Assembly (NCBI GenBank): GCA_016234655.1
Contig: JACRAU010000023.1
Location: 42,066-106,065, forward strand
Length of the DNA: 64,000 nucleotides
Source of the DNA: Betaproteobacteria bacterium
GTDB lineage: Bacteria > Pseudomonadota > Gammaproteobacteria > Burkholderiales > Thiobacillaceae
Direction of reading: 5' to 3'
The position numbers and the translations under genes are program-made. The notes under the pieces are model-generated. The model saw nothing but the letters and a program-made list of their open reading frames with translations. It had not been told where the DNA came from and ran no database searches. Of the stretch, positions 12,600 to 20,426 are shown piece by piece (position 1 is the first letter of the stretch; each line of letters begins with the position of its first letter).

Positions 12600-13964
12600 A
12601 TGCGACGGGGCAAAGCGGGACTTCGTTTTGACCCGAGCTTTCACCTGCCTAATCCTGATTTACCTGGGCAGTCGGGTTTCCCAATCAAGTTTGACGTAAA
12701 GTCTCTGGCGGCTTTGTGCTCCAACATAATTCAGCCAAACGAGTTCACCCGCGAATATACCGACGATTCTCCAGATTCCGTTGCGCTGATTCGCGCCGCC
12801 AACGTACGGGATTGCGAACTAGACCTTTCCGACTTGGTGTTTGTCGCTAAATCTAAGTTGGAATCTAAGTCATTCGACGCATCCTACATTAAGGAAGGCG
12901 ATATTCTAATTACGAGAACTGGAGCCAAGGCGGGCGAGACTTGCGTGGTGCCGCAGCTGAAGCGGGACTATATCGTTTCATCTCATTCAATCCGCGTTGT
13001 TCCTCGGAAGGAGGCGGTTGAATCGAGATATCTTGAAATGTTTCTAATCAGTCGTTGGGGCAAAGCGCAGGTGAATCGTCTTTTTACGGGCGCTGCACAG
13101 CCTCAACTACAGCTCTCTACCGTTAGCCAGCTTCAAATCTCGATTCCGCCCCGGGCCAAGCAAATTGACCTGATCGCTGCTATGGATGCGGCGCGGGTGG
13201 AGCGCTGGGCGAAGCTAGCCGAAGCTGACGCCCTGCTCGCAGGACTCGATGGCTACGTGCTGGAGGCCCTCGGCCTTACCCCGCCACCCAAGGATGAGCG
13301 CAAGGTATATGCGGTATCCAAATCCTCACTTGGCAGCCAATCGCGACTCAACGCCGATTACTTCCACCCTGAGCGCATCCTGGCACTTCGCGCCCTGGAA
13401 CATCCCATGCAACACCTGGATTGCCCTCGGTTAGAAGAGGTTGTGGGCTTCATCCGCGACCAGATCAAAACGCCCGGTCCCAACTACCTCAGTCTTGCCA
13501 ACGTGCAGAGCCATACTGGCGAACTCGTTCCTACGGACGAGAACGTAACCGGTGCCTGTTCCACATTTCAACGTGGCGACGTGTTGTTTGCCCGTCTGCG
13601 GCCATACCTCAACAAGGTTCACACGGCGGAAGCCGATGGCTGTTGCTCGCCGGAGTTCCACGTCTTGCGGATCAAGGATGCTGACGCACTTTCCCCGGAT
13701 TATCTGGCCGCCATCCTGCGTAGCAGCCTGACCTTGGCGCAAACCCGTCACATGATGACTGGCAACACCCATCCCCGATTGACGAATGAGGATGTGGTGA
13801 ATCTGGTCATCCCCGTGCCCAAACCAGCCATTCAGGAAATGATCGCCACCGAAGCCCGCCGCCGCCGTGAGGAAGCCCGTCGCTTGCGCGCCGAAGCGGA
13901 AGCCGGTTGGCAGGCGGCAAAGCGCTGGTTCGAGGAACAATTACTTGGGCCGGTGCAGCCATGA
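12600..13964 (+). CDS. hsdS: Restriction-modification specificity subunit (HsdS-like, two target-recognition domains)
   Basis: Two TRD halves each ending in a conserved helical spacer (QLQISIPPRAKQIDLIAAMDAA...; VNLVIPVPKPAIQEMIATEARRRREEARRLRAEAE...). Start set at the first ATG after the methylase stop; the track ORF begins earlier at 12441 inside the methylase gene. Confidence 0.8.
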   Translation: MRRGKAGLRFDPSFHLPNPDLPGQSGFPIKFDVKSLAALCSNIIQPNEFTREYTDDSPDSVALIRAANVRDCELDLSDLVFVAKSKLESKSFDASYIKEGDILITRTGAKAGETCVVPQLKRDYIVSSHSIRVVPRKEAVESRYLEMFLISRWGKAQVNRLFTGAAQPQLQLSTVSQLQISIPPRAKQIDLIAAMDAARVERWAKLAEADALLAGLDGYVLEALGLTPPPKDERKVYAVSKSSLGSQSRLNADYFHPERILALRALEHPMQHLDCPRLEEVVGFIRDQIKTPGPNYLSLANVQSHTGELVPTDENVTGACSTFQRGDVLFARLRPYLNKVHTAEADGCCSPEFHVLRIKDADALSPDYLAAILRSSLTLAQTRHMMTGNTHPRLTNEDVVNLVIPVPKPAIQEMIATEARRRREEARRLRAEAEAGWQAAKRWFEEQLLGPVQP

Positions 13965-15124
13965 TGTTCGAATTCCTGATTGCCTATCACCACGCCCCCG
14001 ACACCGAAATCGTCGAGGTGATCCGCGATGTTTTATCCAAGGTGTTGGAAGACAACCTCAATGAATTCGATGGTGAGGCGGTCGAGCGGATGGTGGTTCC
14101 AAGTCTGGAAAGGCCCGGCGACTATTTGGTGGGAGGGGATGGCGATGAGTTCCGCCGTGTGTTGTTCGGCTTCACCCTGGATTTGCCGGAAGAAACTGGC
14201 TCCATACGCACCGTGGTGGATGAGTTTTCGGAAGCCTTGAACACCGCCCCCGTCGTTCATCTGGTCAAGTTCGACGATCCCCTGATCCGGGCTGATCTGG
14301 CGCGTTGGGCGGATGAAATCTACGCCTTGGAAATGAAGTTGCGGCGGGTGCTGACGCTGGTCTATCTTCATGCTTATCAAGACGGTGATCCCTATGACTT
14401 ACTAAGCGAGGAAAGCACCCAGACCATCGCCAAGGAACGGCCGAAGCCCGAGCACATGAAGGACCGGGCGGAGAATCAATTTTTCCATCTGACCTTCAGC
14501 CAGTATGTCGGTCTCAACCGGCGACCAGAATTCAAGCTCCCTGAGTTACTGGAACTGATCCGTGACAAGGAGGCTTACGACGCCCTCCGCGAAGAACTCG
14601 CCCGCGCACCTGTGGAAGATGAGGACGACGCCGTATTGCTGGCAGGCCTCAAGGAACGCATGGAAGCCATCGAGGCCATGCGCAACTGCTGCGCCCACAG
14701 CCGCAGGCCATCCAAGAAGGTGATCGAGAACTACGACAACGCCCGGCCGTTGTTGGATCAACTCCTGGATAGTTACCTTGTCCGCTGGGAGTGGTCGGAA
14801 CCGGTGGAGGAAATGCCTTGGGATGCCGCCGCGCGGGAAGCCGTTGAGCATGCAATGGAGCATGCCCGCTGGGATGAAGAAAACCAGGAAATCACCCTGT
14901 TCGACGCCGACGACGACCGGATGCAGTGGACCGCAAGCGGCATAGGCGAGCTTCAAGACCAGTTGGCCCAGATTGCCGCGAGTGCCTTCTATGCCAACGC
15001 CCCAAGGGAGGGCGGCGAGTTTGTCTTCGAGTGTGACGAGTATGGGGTAGTCGAATCGGTACTTGATGACTACCGGGAACGACTAGAGGAATTCTTCAAA
15101 GCGCGCGATGACGCGGATGATTAG
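13961..15124 (+). CDS. Acidic HEPN/Abi_2-like protein (R-x4-H motif)
   Basis: ATGA overlap with the hsdS stop; FHLTFSQYVGL ... AIEAMRNCCAHSRRP matches the Abi_2/HEPN pattern (TFG-L ... RN-x-x-AH). The rest is unrecognised and strongly Asp/Glu-rich. Confidence 0.6.
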   Translation: MMFEFLIAYHHAPDTEIVEVIRDVLSKVLEDNLNEFDGEAVERMVVPSLERPGDYLVGGDGDEFRRVLFGFTLDLPEETGSIRTVVDEFSEALNTAPVVHLVKFDDPLIRADLARWADEIYALEMKLRRVLTLVYLHAYQDGDPYDLLSEESTQTIAKERPKPEHMKDRAENQFFHLTFSQYVGLNRRPEFKLPELLELIRDKEAYDALREELARAPVEDEDDAVLLAGLKERMEAIEAMRNCCAHSRRPSKKVIENYDNARPLLDQLLDSYLVRWEWSEPVEEMPWDAAAREAVEHAMEHARWDEENQEITLFDADDDRMQWTASGIGELQDQLAQIAASAFYANAPREGGEFVFECDEYGVVESVLDDYRERLEEFFKARDDADD

Positions 15125-15138
15125 GGGGTGAAGACATC

Positions 15139-16170
15139 ATGGCCATTTGGTTGATCCGCGCCGGTTCTCACGGCGAATACGAACAGAAGTTCATCCAGGA
15201 AAACCGCGTCTATGTGACCTGGGACGGCCTGGATGTGGACCTGGCCAAGCTCAAGCAGCGGGCCGACCTGACGGCGGCGATGACCGAGCGTTACCCGGAC
15301 ACTAAGCCGAGGGCGATCATGAATTGGGTGAGCCAGGTCTGGCCGTTTGCCCACGAAATCAAGAAGGGCGACTTGGTCGTTCTGCCGCTCAAGACCCAGC
15401 CGGCAATCTACATCGGCGAAGTGACCGGCGACTATCAGCCTGCGCCTGGTGGGCCTAATCCCTTCTACCACTGGCGGGCGGTGAAGTGGATTGCCGAGGG
15501 CGTGCCGCGTAGCAACTTCGGCAAAGATTTGCTCTTCACCTTCGGTGCCTTCCTGACCATCTGCCGGGTGCAGCGGAACAATGCCGAGCAGCGCATCGCC
15601 GCTATGCGCGCCAATGGTTGGAAGCCGGAAACCGCTGCCGCTACGACCAAGGCGACTACCCAGGCAACCGACGAGGTGGCCGAGGATACTGACCTCGAAG
15701 AGCTCGCCCGTGATCAGATCGCCGACCTGATTGCGGCCCGCTTCAAGGGGCATGGCCTGACGCGCCTGGTGGAAGCGATTCTTCAGGCACAGGGCTATAC
15801 GACCTACCGAAGCCCCGAGGGGGCGGACGGCGGAGCGGATATTCTGGCCGGTTCCGGGCCACTTGGCTTTGGCGCGCCGCGTCTCTGTGTCGAAGTGAAA
15901 TCCGAGTCTGCGCCGATTGGCCGTGAGCCGGTGGACAAGTTGCTGGGGGCCATGACCAAATTCAACGCCAGCGAAGGGCTCTTTGTGGCCTGGGGTGGTT
16001 TCAAGGGCAATGTGCAGAAGGAGCTGGCCACGCAATTCTTCCGCCTGCGCCTTTGGACACGCAAGGAATTGCTGGAGCAGTTGTTCGAGCAGTACGACCG
16101 GCTAGACGAGGACTTGAAGGCCGAGCTGCCACTGAAGCGCGTTTGGATGGTGGCGGCGCAGGAGGAGTAG
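15139..16170 (+). CDS. Mrr-cat family restriction endonuclease with an uncharacterised N-terminal domain
   Basis: C-terminal GADGGADILA...PRLCVEVKSES (D...E-x-K) and FVAWGGF typical of the Mrr catalytic domain; N-terminal ~150 aa (MAIWLIRAGSHGE...KKGDLVVLP...YHWRAVKWI) of unknown fold. Confidence 0.85.
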   Translation: MAIWLIRAGSHGEYEQKFIQENRVYVTWDGLDVDLAKLKQRADLTAAMTERYPDTKPRAIMNWVSQVWPFAHEIKKGDLVVLPLKTQPAIYIGEVTGDYQPAPGGPNPFYHWRAVKWIAEGVPRSNFGKDLLFTFGAFLTICRVQRNNAEQRIAAMRANGWKPETAAATTKATTQATDEVAEDTDLEELARDQIADLIAARFKGHGLTRLVEAILQAQGYTTYRSPEGADGGADILAGSGPLGFGAPRLCVEVKSESAPIGREPVDKLLGAMTKFNASEGLFVAWGGFKGNVQKELATQFFRLRLWTRKELLEQLFEQYDRLDEDLKAELPLKRVWMVAAQEE

Positions 16171-16247
16171 GGCGAGGAAAGATCGGCGTGTGAATGGCTT
16201 CAGGTCGACCAGAACGGCCACCGCCATCGCTTCTTGTCTGACCCGCC

Positions 16248-16790
16248 TTAAACCCCCGCCGGCAGCTTGGCCGCCATCATCTTCCTCCGGTCCAGCTTGT
16301 CGCCGTCGACGATGAAGGTGCCGTCGCCCACCGCGTGCAGCGTGCGCTTTTCCTTGCGCGCCGTGTTCTTGTAGGCGGCCACGCCTTCCAGCACGATGAG
16401 GTTGTGCTTTCTGACCATGTCGACGACCCGGCATTCGATGTTGGCCAGGCATTCCTTGATCAAGGGCGCCTTGACGATCTTGCCCGGCTCGGGCGTGAGG
16501 CCGAACTTGGCGAACTTGTCGGTGTCGGCGCCGGAGCGGGTGCCGATGCCGACTACCTGGTCCAGCAGGTCGACGGTGGGGATGGCGATGACGCACTCCC
16601 GGTGCTTGCGCAGCGCGGCGAAGGAGTAGTTCCAGGCGCCGGTGCAGATGCCGAACGCCGGCGTGAAGTCCAGCACCATGGTCCAGGAGAGGGTCATGAT
16701 GTTGTTCTTCTTGCCGTCATGGGTGGTCACCAGGACGACGGGTCCGGGTTCCATCAGGGTAAAGGCCTTGCCAAGTTCCATCTCACGCAT
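16248..16790 (-). CDS. Flavin reductase-like FMN-binding protein
   Basis: 180-aa ORF; PGPVVLVTTHDGKKNNIMTLSWTM and overall split-barrel flavin reductase domain pattern. Confidence 0.85.
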   Translation of the reverse strand: MREMELGKAFTLMEPGPVVLVTTHDGKKNNIMTLSWTMVLDFTPAFGICTGAWNYSFAALRKHRECVIAIPTVDLLDQVVGIGTRSGADTDKFAKFGLTPEPGKIVKAPLIKECLANIECRVVDMVRKHNLIVLEGVAAYKNTARKEKRTLHAVGDGTFIVDGDKLDRRKMMAAKLPAGV

Positions 16791-16938
16791 GACGCACCTC
16801 CATGATTCCTACTGAAATAGGCGCTTATTTCACAGTGTAGTCCTCGCCAGGGCGGATGCAGGCGGGCGGTTTCCCGACATCGCCTGTCGTGGCTGCCCAT
16901 GTTAGCGTTCGCCCTCTCGATCCTGGATGTTGGAGTTA

Positions 16939-16968
16939 TTGACAACGCATCGCCGGCGTTGTCACAAT
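16939..16968 (+). promoter_or_regulatory. Putative sigma70 promoter (TTGACA-18 nt-CACAAT) overlapped by a 9-bp inverted repeat operator
   Basis: TTGACA 16939-16944, CACAAT 16963-16968; perfect inverted repeat TGACAACGC (16940-16948) / GCGTTGTCA (16956-16964). Confidence 0.4.
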
Positions 16969-16975
16969 GTCCAAC

Positions 16976-17272
16976 ATGAAAGCCGTGCAGCTCGTCTCGA
17001 CGCGCATCTCATACTCGGAAGTGGCCTTTGCCGAGCTCGTGCTGTGGCGCTTGCCTCAAGCCGTGGAGGGGTCGGCCCATGGCTTCAAGTATCGGCTTGC
17101 CTACGTGGTGCGTGGCGAATGTGTTCTTCGTTACGACAACGAGGTTGGGAAAGGCGATCATCGGCATGTCGGCCGAATTGAAAGCGCCTACACCTTCACG
17201 ACCCCGGAGAAATTGATTGCCGACTTCCAACGTGACATTGAGAGGTGGAACGATGAAAACCGTGACGCTTGA
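16976..17272 (+). CDS. DUF6516 (TumE-like) putative toxin of a TA pair
   Basis: HGFKYRLAYVVRGECVLRYDNEVGKGDHRH block characteristic of DUF6516. Track ORF starts at ATG 16967, which overlaps the putative -10, so ATG 16976 (MKAVQL...) is preferred. Confidence 0.65.
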   Translation: MKAVQLVSTRISYSEVAFAELVLWRLPQAVEGSAHGFKYRLAYVVRGECVLRYDNEVGKGDHRHVGRIESAYTFTTPEKLIADFQRDIERWNDENRDA

Positions 17273-17600
17273 CGTTCGCTCGCCCTCCGATGCGATGGCG
17301 GACTTCACCCAGGCCTGGAAAACGGGCAAACCGCAACGCTCCGCCCGTATCAGTTTTGCCACGCCCGAGCTGCTTTGGAAGGTGCTTACCGAAAAGCGCT
17401 GGGAGCTACTGAAGGCATTGTGCGGGGCCGGCCCCATGTCGATTCGCGAGGCGGCCCGTCGCGTTGGCCGTGACGTGAAGGCTGTTCACGGCGACGTAAC
17501 GGCGCTGTTGAATGCCGGTGTGCTTGATCGCACGGAGGACGGCCAGATCGTTTTTCCGTTCGAGGCCGTGAAAGTCGAGTTCCTTTTGCAGGCGGCATAG
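17253..17600 (+). CDS. HTH DNA-binding protein, putative cognate antitoxin/regulator
   Basis: Overlaps the upstream gene by 20 nt; winged-HTH segment MSIREAARRVGRDVKAVHGDVTALLNAGVL; start at MKTVTLDV preceded by gagaggtgg. Confidence 0.65.
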   Translation: MKTVTLDVRSPSDAMADFTQAWKTGKPQRSARISFATPELLWKVLTEKRWELLKALCGAGPMSIREAARRVGRDVKAVHGDVTALLNAGVLDRTEDGQIVFPFEAVKVEFLLQAA

Positions 17601-17605
17601 CACTT

Positions 17606-17697
17606 GTAGGGGCGGCTTCGCGTGGCAAGCCGCCGAATGGAAGAATCCGACCCTTACATACGGCGCAGTGCTGCGCGACTGCGCCCTACGGCTCTAC
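17606..17697. repeat. REP doublet, right copy
   Basis: gtaggggcggcttcgcgtggcaagccgccgaatggaagaatccgac...cggcgcagtgctgcgcgactgcgccctac; direct repeat of 9954-10043. Confidence 0.75.
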
Positions 17698-17724
17698 AGC
17701 CCTGTCCTGATCGGCGGGCATCAT

Positions 17725-17753
17725 AAAAAACGCCGGCTCGGGGCCGGCGTTTC
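17725..17753. terminator. Bidirectional rho-independent terminator
   Basis: aaaaaa-CGCCGGC-tcgg-GGCCGGCG-ttt between convergent genes. Confidence 0.65.
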
Positions 17754-17802
17754 GTAGGGTGCGTTCAACGCACCATGTGAAGGTGCACGGAGTGCACCCT
17801 AC
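17754..17802. repeat. Second REP-like inverted pair (GTAGGGTGC...GCACCCTAC)
   Basis: gtagggtgcgttcaacgcacc ... ggtgcacggagtgcaccctac. Confidence 0.6.
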
Positions 17803-17814
17803 ATCCAAGGGAAC

Positions 17815-18663
17815 CTAATTCAGCTGCTGAATGCCCGCCACCACCCAGCCGTGGCTGCCGTCGGCCGGCTTGCTCAGGTGCCATATCTCGTCGAAGCCTT
17901 CGGCATTGCCATTGGCCTCTTCCCGCACCTGGCCGTGGAAGCGCACGCTCACGCGCAGCTTGTTGCCTTCCTCGGCGCATTCCAGCACCTCGGCATTGAG
18001 CAGGGTCACGTCGGTCTGCTGGCTAGCGGCACCGCGCTCGGCCAGTTGCAGTTTGATCTCGGCGAACATCTCGGGCGAGGTGAATTCGCGGATGTCGTCG
18101 ATGTTGCCGGCATCATAGGCGGCCTGCATGCGCAGGAAGTTGAGCTTGGCCTCGCGGCTGAAGGCTTCGGCATCGAAGCCGGGAGGCAGGCTGGCGGCGG
18201 CCTGGGGTGCGGCGCCGGCGCCGGCCATGGGCTCGGCCTGGAACGGCATGACGTTGCCGCCCGCCGTGGCGCCGGCGTACTGCATGGTCGGCTGCTGGCG
18301 CTTGCGGGTGAGGAACTTGAACAGGAAGATCGCGGCCATGACCAGCAGCGCGATCATCAGGAAGTTGGCCATCTCCTCGCCGAAGCCGAAGTGCGAGGCC
18401 AGGGCGGCCAGGCCCAGACCGGCGGCCAGGCCGGCGACCGGCCCCATCCAGCTGCGCTTGCCCGGCTGGGCGGCGGCGCCGGCGGCGTTGTTTTGGTTCG
18501 GGGCGGTGGCGTTCTTCGACGGCGCGCCGGCAGGCTGTTGCGGGGTGATCTGGCGCTGCATGCCGGACGACTTGCCGCCGCCGAAGCGTTTGGCCTCCGC
18601 GTCGTGCATGGGTAGGGCAAAGCCGATGAAGACGGCCAACAGGGCAGGGAAGATACGCAACAT
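17815..18663 (-). CDS. Tim44-like domain protein
   Basis: N-terminal signal/TM, Gly/Ala/Pro-rich linker with a TM segment, C-terminal Tim44-like block (FLRMQAAYDAGNIDDIREFTSPEMF...WVVAGIQQ). Confidence 0.85.
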   Translation of the reverse strand: MLRIFPALLAVFIGFALPMHDAEAKRFGGGKSSGMQRQITPQQPAGAPSKNATAPNQNNAAGAAAQPGKRSWMGPVAGLAAGLGLAALASHFGFGEEMANFLMIALLVMAAIFLFKFLTRKRQQPTMQYAGATAGGNVMPFQAEPMAGAGAAPQAAASLPPGFDAEAFSREAKLNFLRMQAAYDAGNIDDIREFTSPEMFAEIKLQLAERGAASQQTDVTLLNAEVLECAEEGNKLRVSVRFHGQVREEANGNAEGFDEIWHLSKPADGSHGWVVAGIQQLN

Positions 18664-18759
18664 GTGAAACTCCTTGGTTAAAGCGAATCGGGATTGTAGC
18701 GAAAACCCATGGCAATGGCTTTACTGCTCAATGTTGACCGGGTCTGACGCCGGAAGTTC

Positions 18760-19728
18760 TCAGGTCTCTGGTACGCCGCCGCTCACCCAGAACTCCGCGC
18801 CCTTGTCGAGAAACTCGTCCACCGGTACGTAGTGCGAACCGTCGCAGGAGAAGGTGAGGCCGACCACGCCGTTGAAGATGTTGAGGGTGCCGCTGCGCAG
18901 ATAGAGCATCTCGTCCATGAAGCGCAGCGTCTTCAGGCCTTGCAGCACCGGACTGATCTTGCTGGCCCTGACCTCGGCGTTCTTCGGGTAGGGCCGGCGC
19001 GGATAGGCCAGGCAGCAGTCGGGGTCGGTCAGTTCCTGGATATCGAGCAGGCGATAACGGTAGGGGTCGTCGATGTGCCAGGCCACCGCGCGATTGCTCG
19101 AGAAGTGCAGGATGATGTGATAGATGCCGTGCGCCACCATCAGTTCCCTGACCACGCCGAGCACGGTGTCGATCTCCCGGTCCATCTGGCTGTCGCTGCG
19201 GGTCTGGTGGAACACCGTGCCGCGGATCGACGGGTCACCCTTGATCTGCTGCCATTGCAGGCTTTGGCGGGACAGCTCGCGGGTGATCGGCAGGTCGCGC
19301 AGGTCGAAGTCGACGCCGACGAAGCCGAGCACCCGGCCTGCCGCGTCGCGCACGAGCTGGATCGCGGTGAGCGAGGGGCGCCTGGCCCGCTCGCTGATAT
19401 AGGCCTCGGACAACAGAAAGCCCTCGGCCGGCACCGCCTCTTTCATATAGGGCCGGTGCGAACGGTCGCGGCCGAAATCTTCGTCGATCAAGCCTTCGCG
19501 GCTGATGTTGCTGCTGACCTGGACGCCGTTGGTGTCCATGGCATACATGAAGTTGCCGAAGGGCAGGGTCTTGAACGCGTCGGCCAGCACCGCATCGAGG
19601 TCGGCCCGGTCGCCCCAGGCCCGGCCGCAGGACTGGGCCGCTTGGCCCAGCGGCTCGCGCAGCATGTCCTTCAGCGCCTCGCGCTGGCGGACGATTTGTT
19701 CTTGTAGGGTAGAGGCTTGGTCTTGCAT
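18760..19728 (-). CDS. Hypothetical cytoplasmic protein with a PDC/Cache-like N-terminal half
   Basis: 322-aa ORF; RPYMKEAVPAEGFLLSEAYIS...SLTAIQLVRDAAGRVLGFVGVDFDLRDL resembles a Cache/PDC ligand-binding fold; no TM, signal or recognisable output domain. Confidence 0.5.
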   Translation of the reverse strand: MQDQASTLQEQIVRQREALKDMLREPLGQAAQSCGRAWGDRADLDAVLADAFKTLPFGNFMYAMDTNGVQVSSNISREGLIDEDFGRDRSHRPYMKEAVPAEGFLLSEAYISERARRPSLTAIQLVRDAAGRVLGFVGVDFDLRDLPITRELSRQSLQWQQIKGDPSIRGTVFHQTRSDSQMDREIDTVLGVVRELMVAHGIYHIILHFSSNRAVAWHIDDPYRYRLLDIQELTDPDCCLAYPRRPYPKNAEVRASKISPVLQGLKTLRFMDEMLYLRSGTLNIFNGVVGLTFSCDGSHYVPVDEFLDKGAEFWVSGGVPET

Positions 19729-19795
19729 GAGGGTTCAATGAAACCGGAAAACTTTGCGCCGAGTATATCAACCGTGGGCGCTGTTTTCTCCAGGC

Positions 19796-20413
19796 TCAAT
19801 CCAGAAAGGCCTCGATCTCCGGCCGCAAGTCGGCCACCGGGCGATAGCCGTTGTTCAGCAAGCGATAGCCCTCCGCATTCTGTAGCACCAGGGAGGGAAA
19901 GCCGCGCACGCCCAGTTGCCGGGCCATGCGGAAGTGGGCCAGGGTTTTCTCTTTCATCGCGGCCGTATCGAAGGCGTGCAGAAACCGCTCGGTGGCGATG
20001 TCCTGCGCTTCGGCCAGGCCGGCGAGGACCGCCGGTTGGGTGACATCCTGCCCGGCGGTATAGAAGGCCGACTGGATGGCTTTGAACATGGGAAAGGTCG
20101 CCTCCGCTTGGAGCGCGGCGGCGGTAACCACGGCGCGGCAGGCCGGTTCGGTATCGTAGACGAAGCCGGCGGGCAGGGCGCCCTCGAACTGGAAGGTCTG
20201 GCCGGTCATCGCGTTCACGTCGTGCCAGTGGTGCAGAATCTCGGCGCGTCGCGCTTCGTTCAACGGCTCGGTCTCCGAGCGCAGGCCGCCCAGGATCAGG
20301 GCGATCTTCATCCGGTCGCGAAATTCCTCGCGCAGGGTTTCGATCGCCGGCGAGAAACCCCAGCACCAGGAACACATGGGATCGGCGAAATACCAGAGGA
20401 TGGGTTCGGTCAT
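19796..20413 (-). CDS. DsbA-family thioredoxin-fold protein
   Basis: FADPMCSWCWGF CxxC motif near the N-terminus; start set at MTEPILWYF (track ORF extends to 20476). Confidence 0.85.
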   Translation of the reverse strand: MTEPILWYFADPMCSWCWGFSPAIETLREEFRDRMKIALILGGLRSETEPLNEARRAEILHHWHDVNAMTGQTFQFEGALPAGFVYDTEPACRAVVTAAALQAEATFPMFKAIQSAFYTAGQDVTQPAVLAGLAEAQDIATERFLHAFDTAAMKEKTLAHFRMARQLGVRGFPSLVLQNAEGYRLLNNGYRPVADLRPEIEAFLD

Positions 20414-20426
20414 CTTCGATCCGGCG

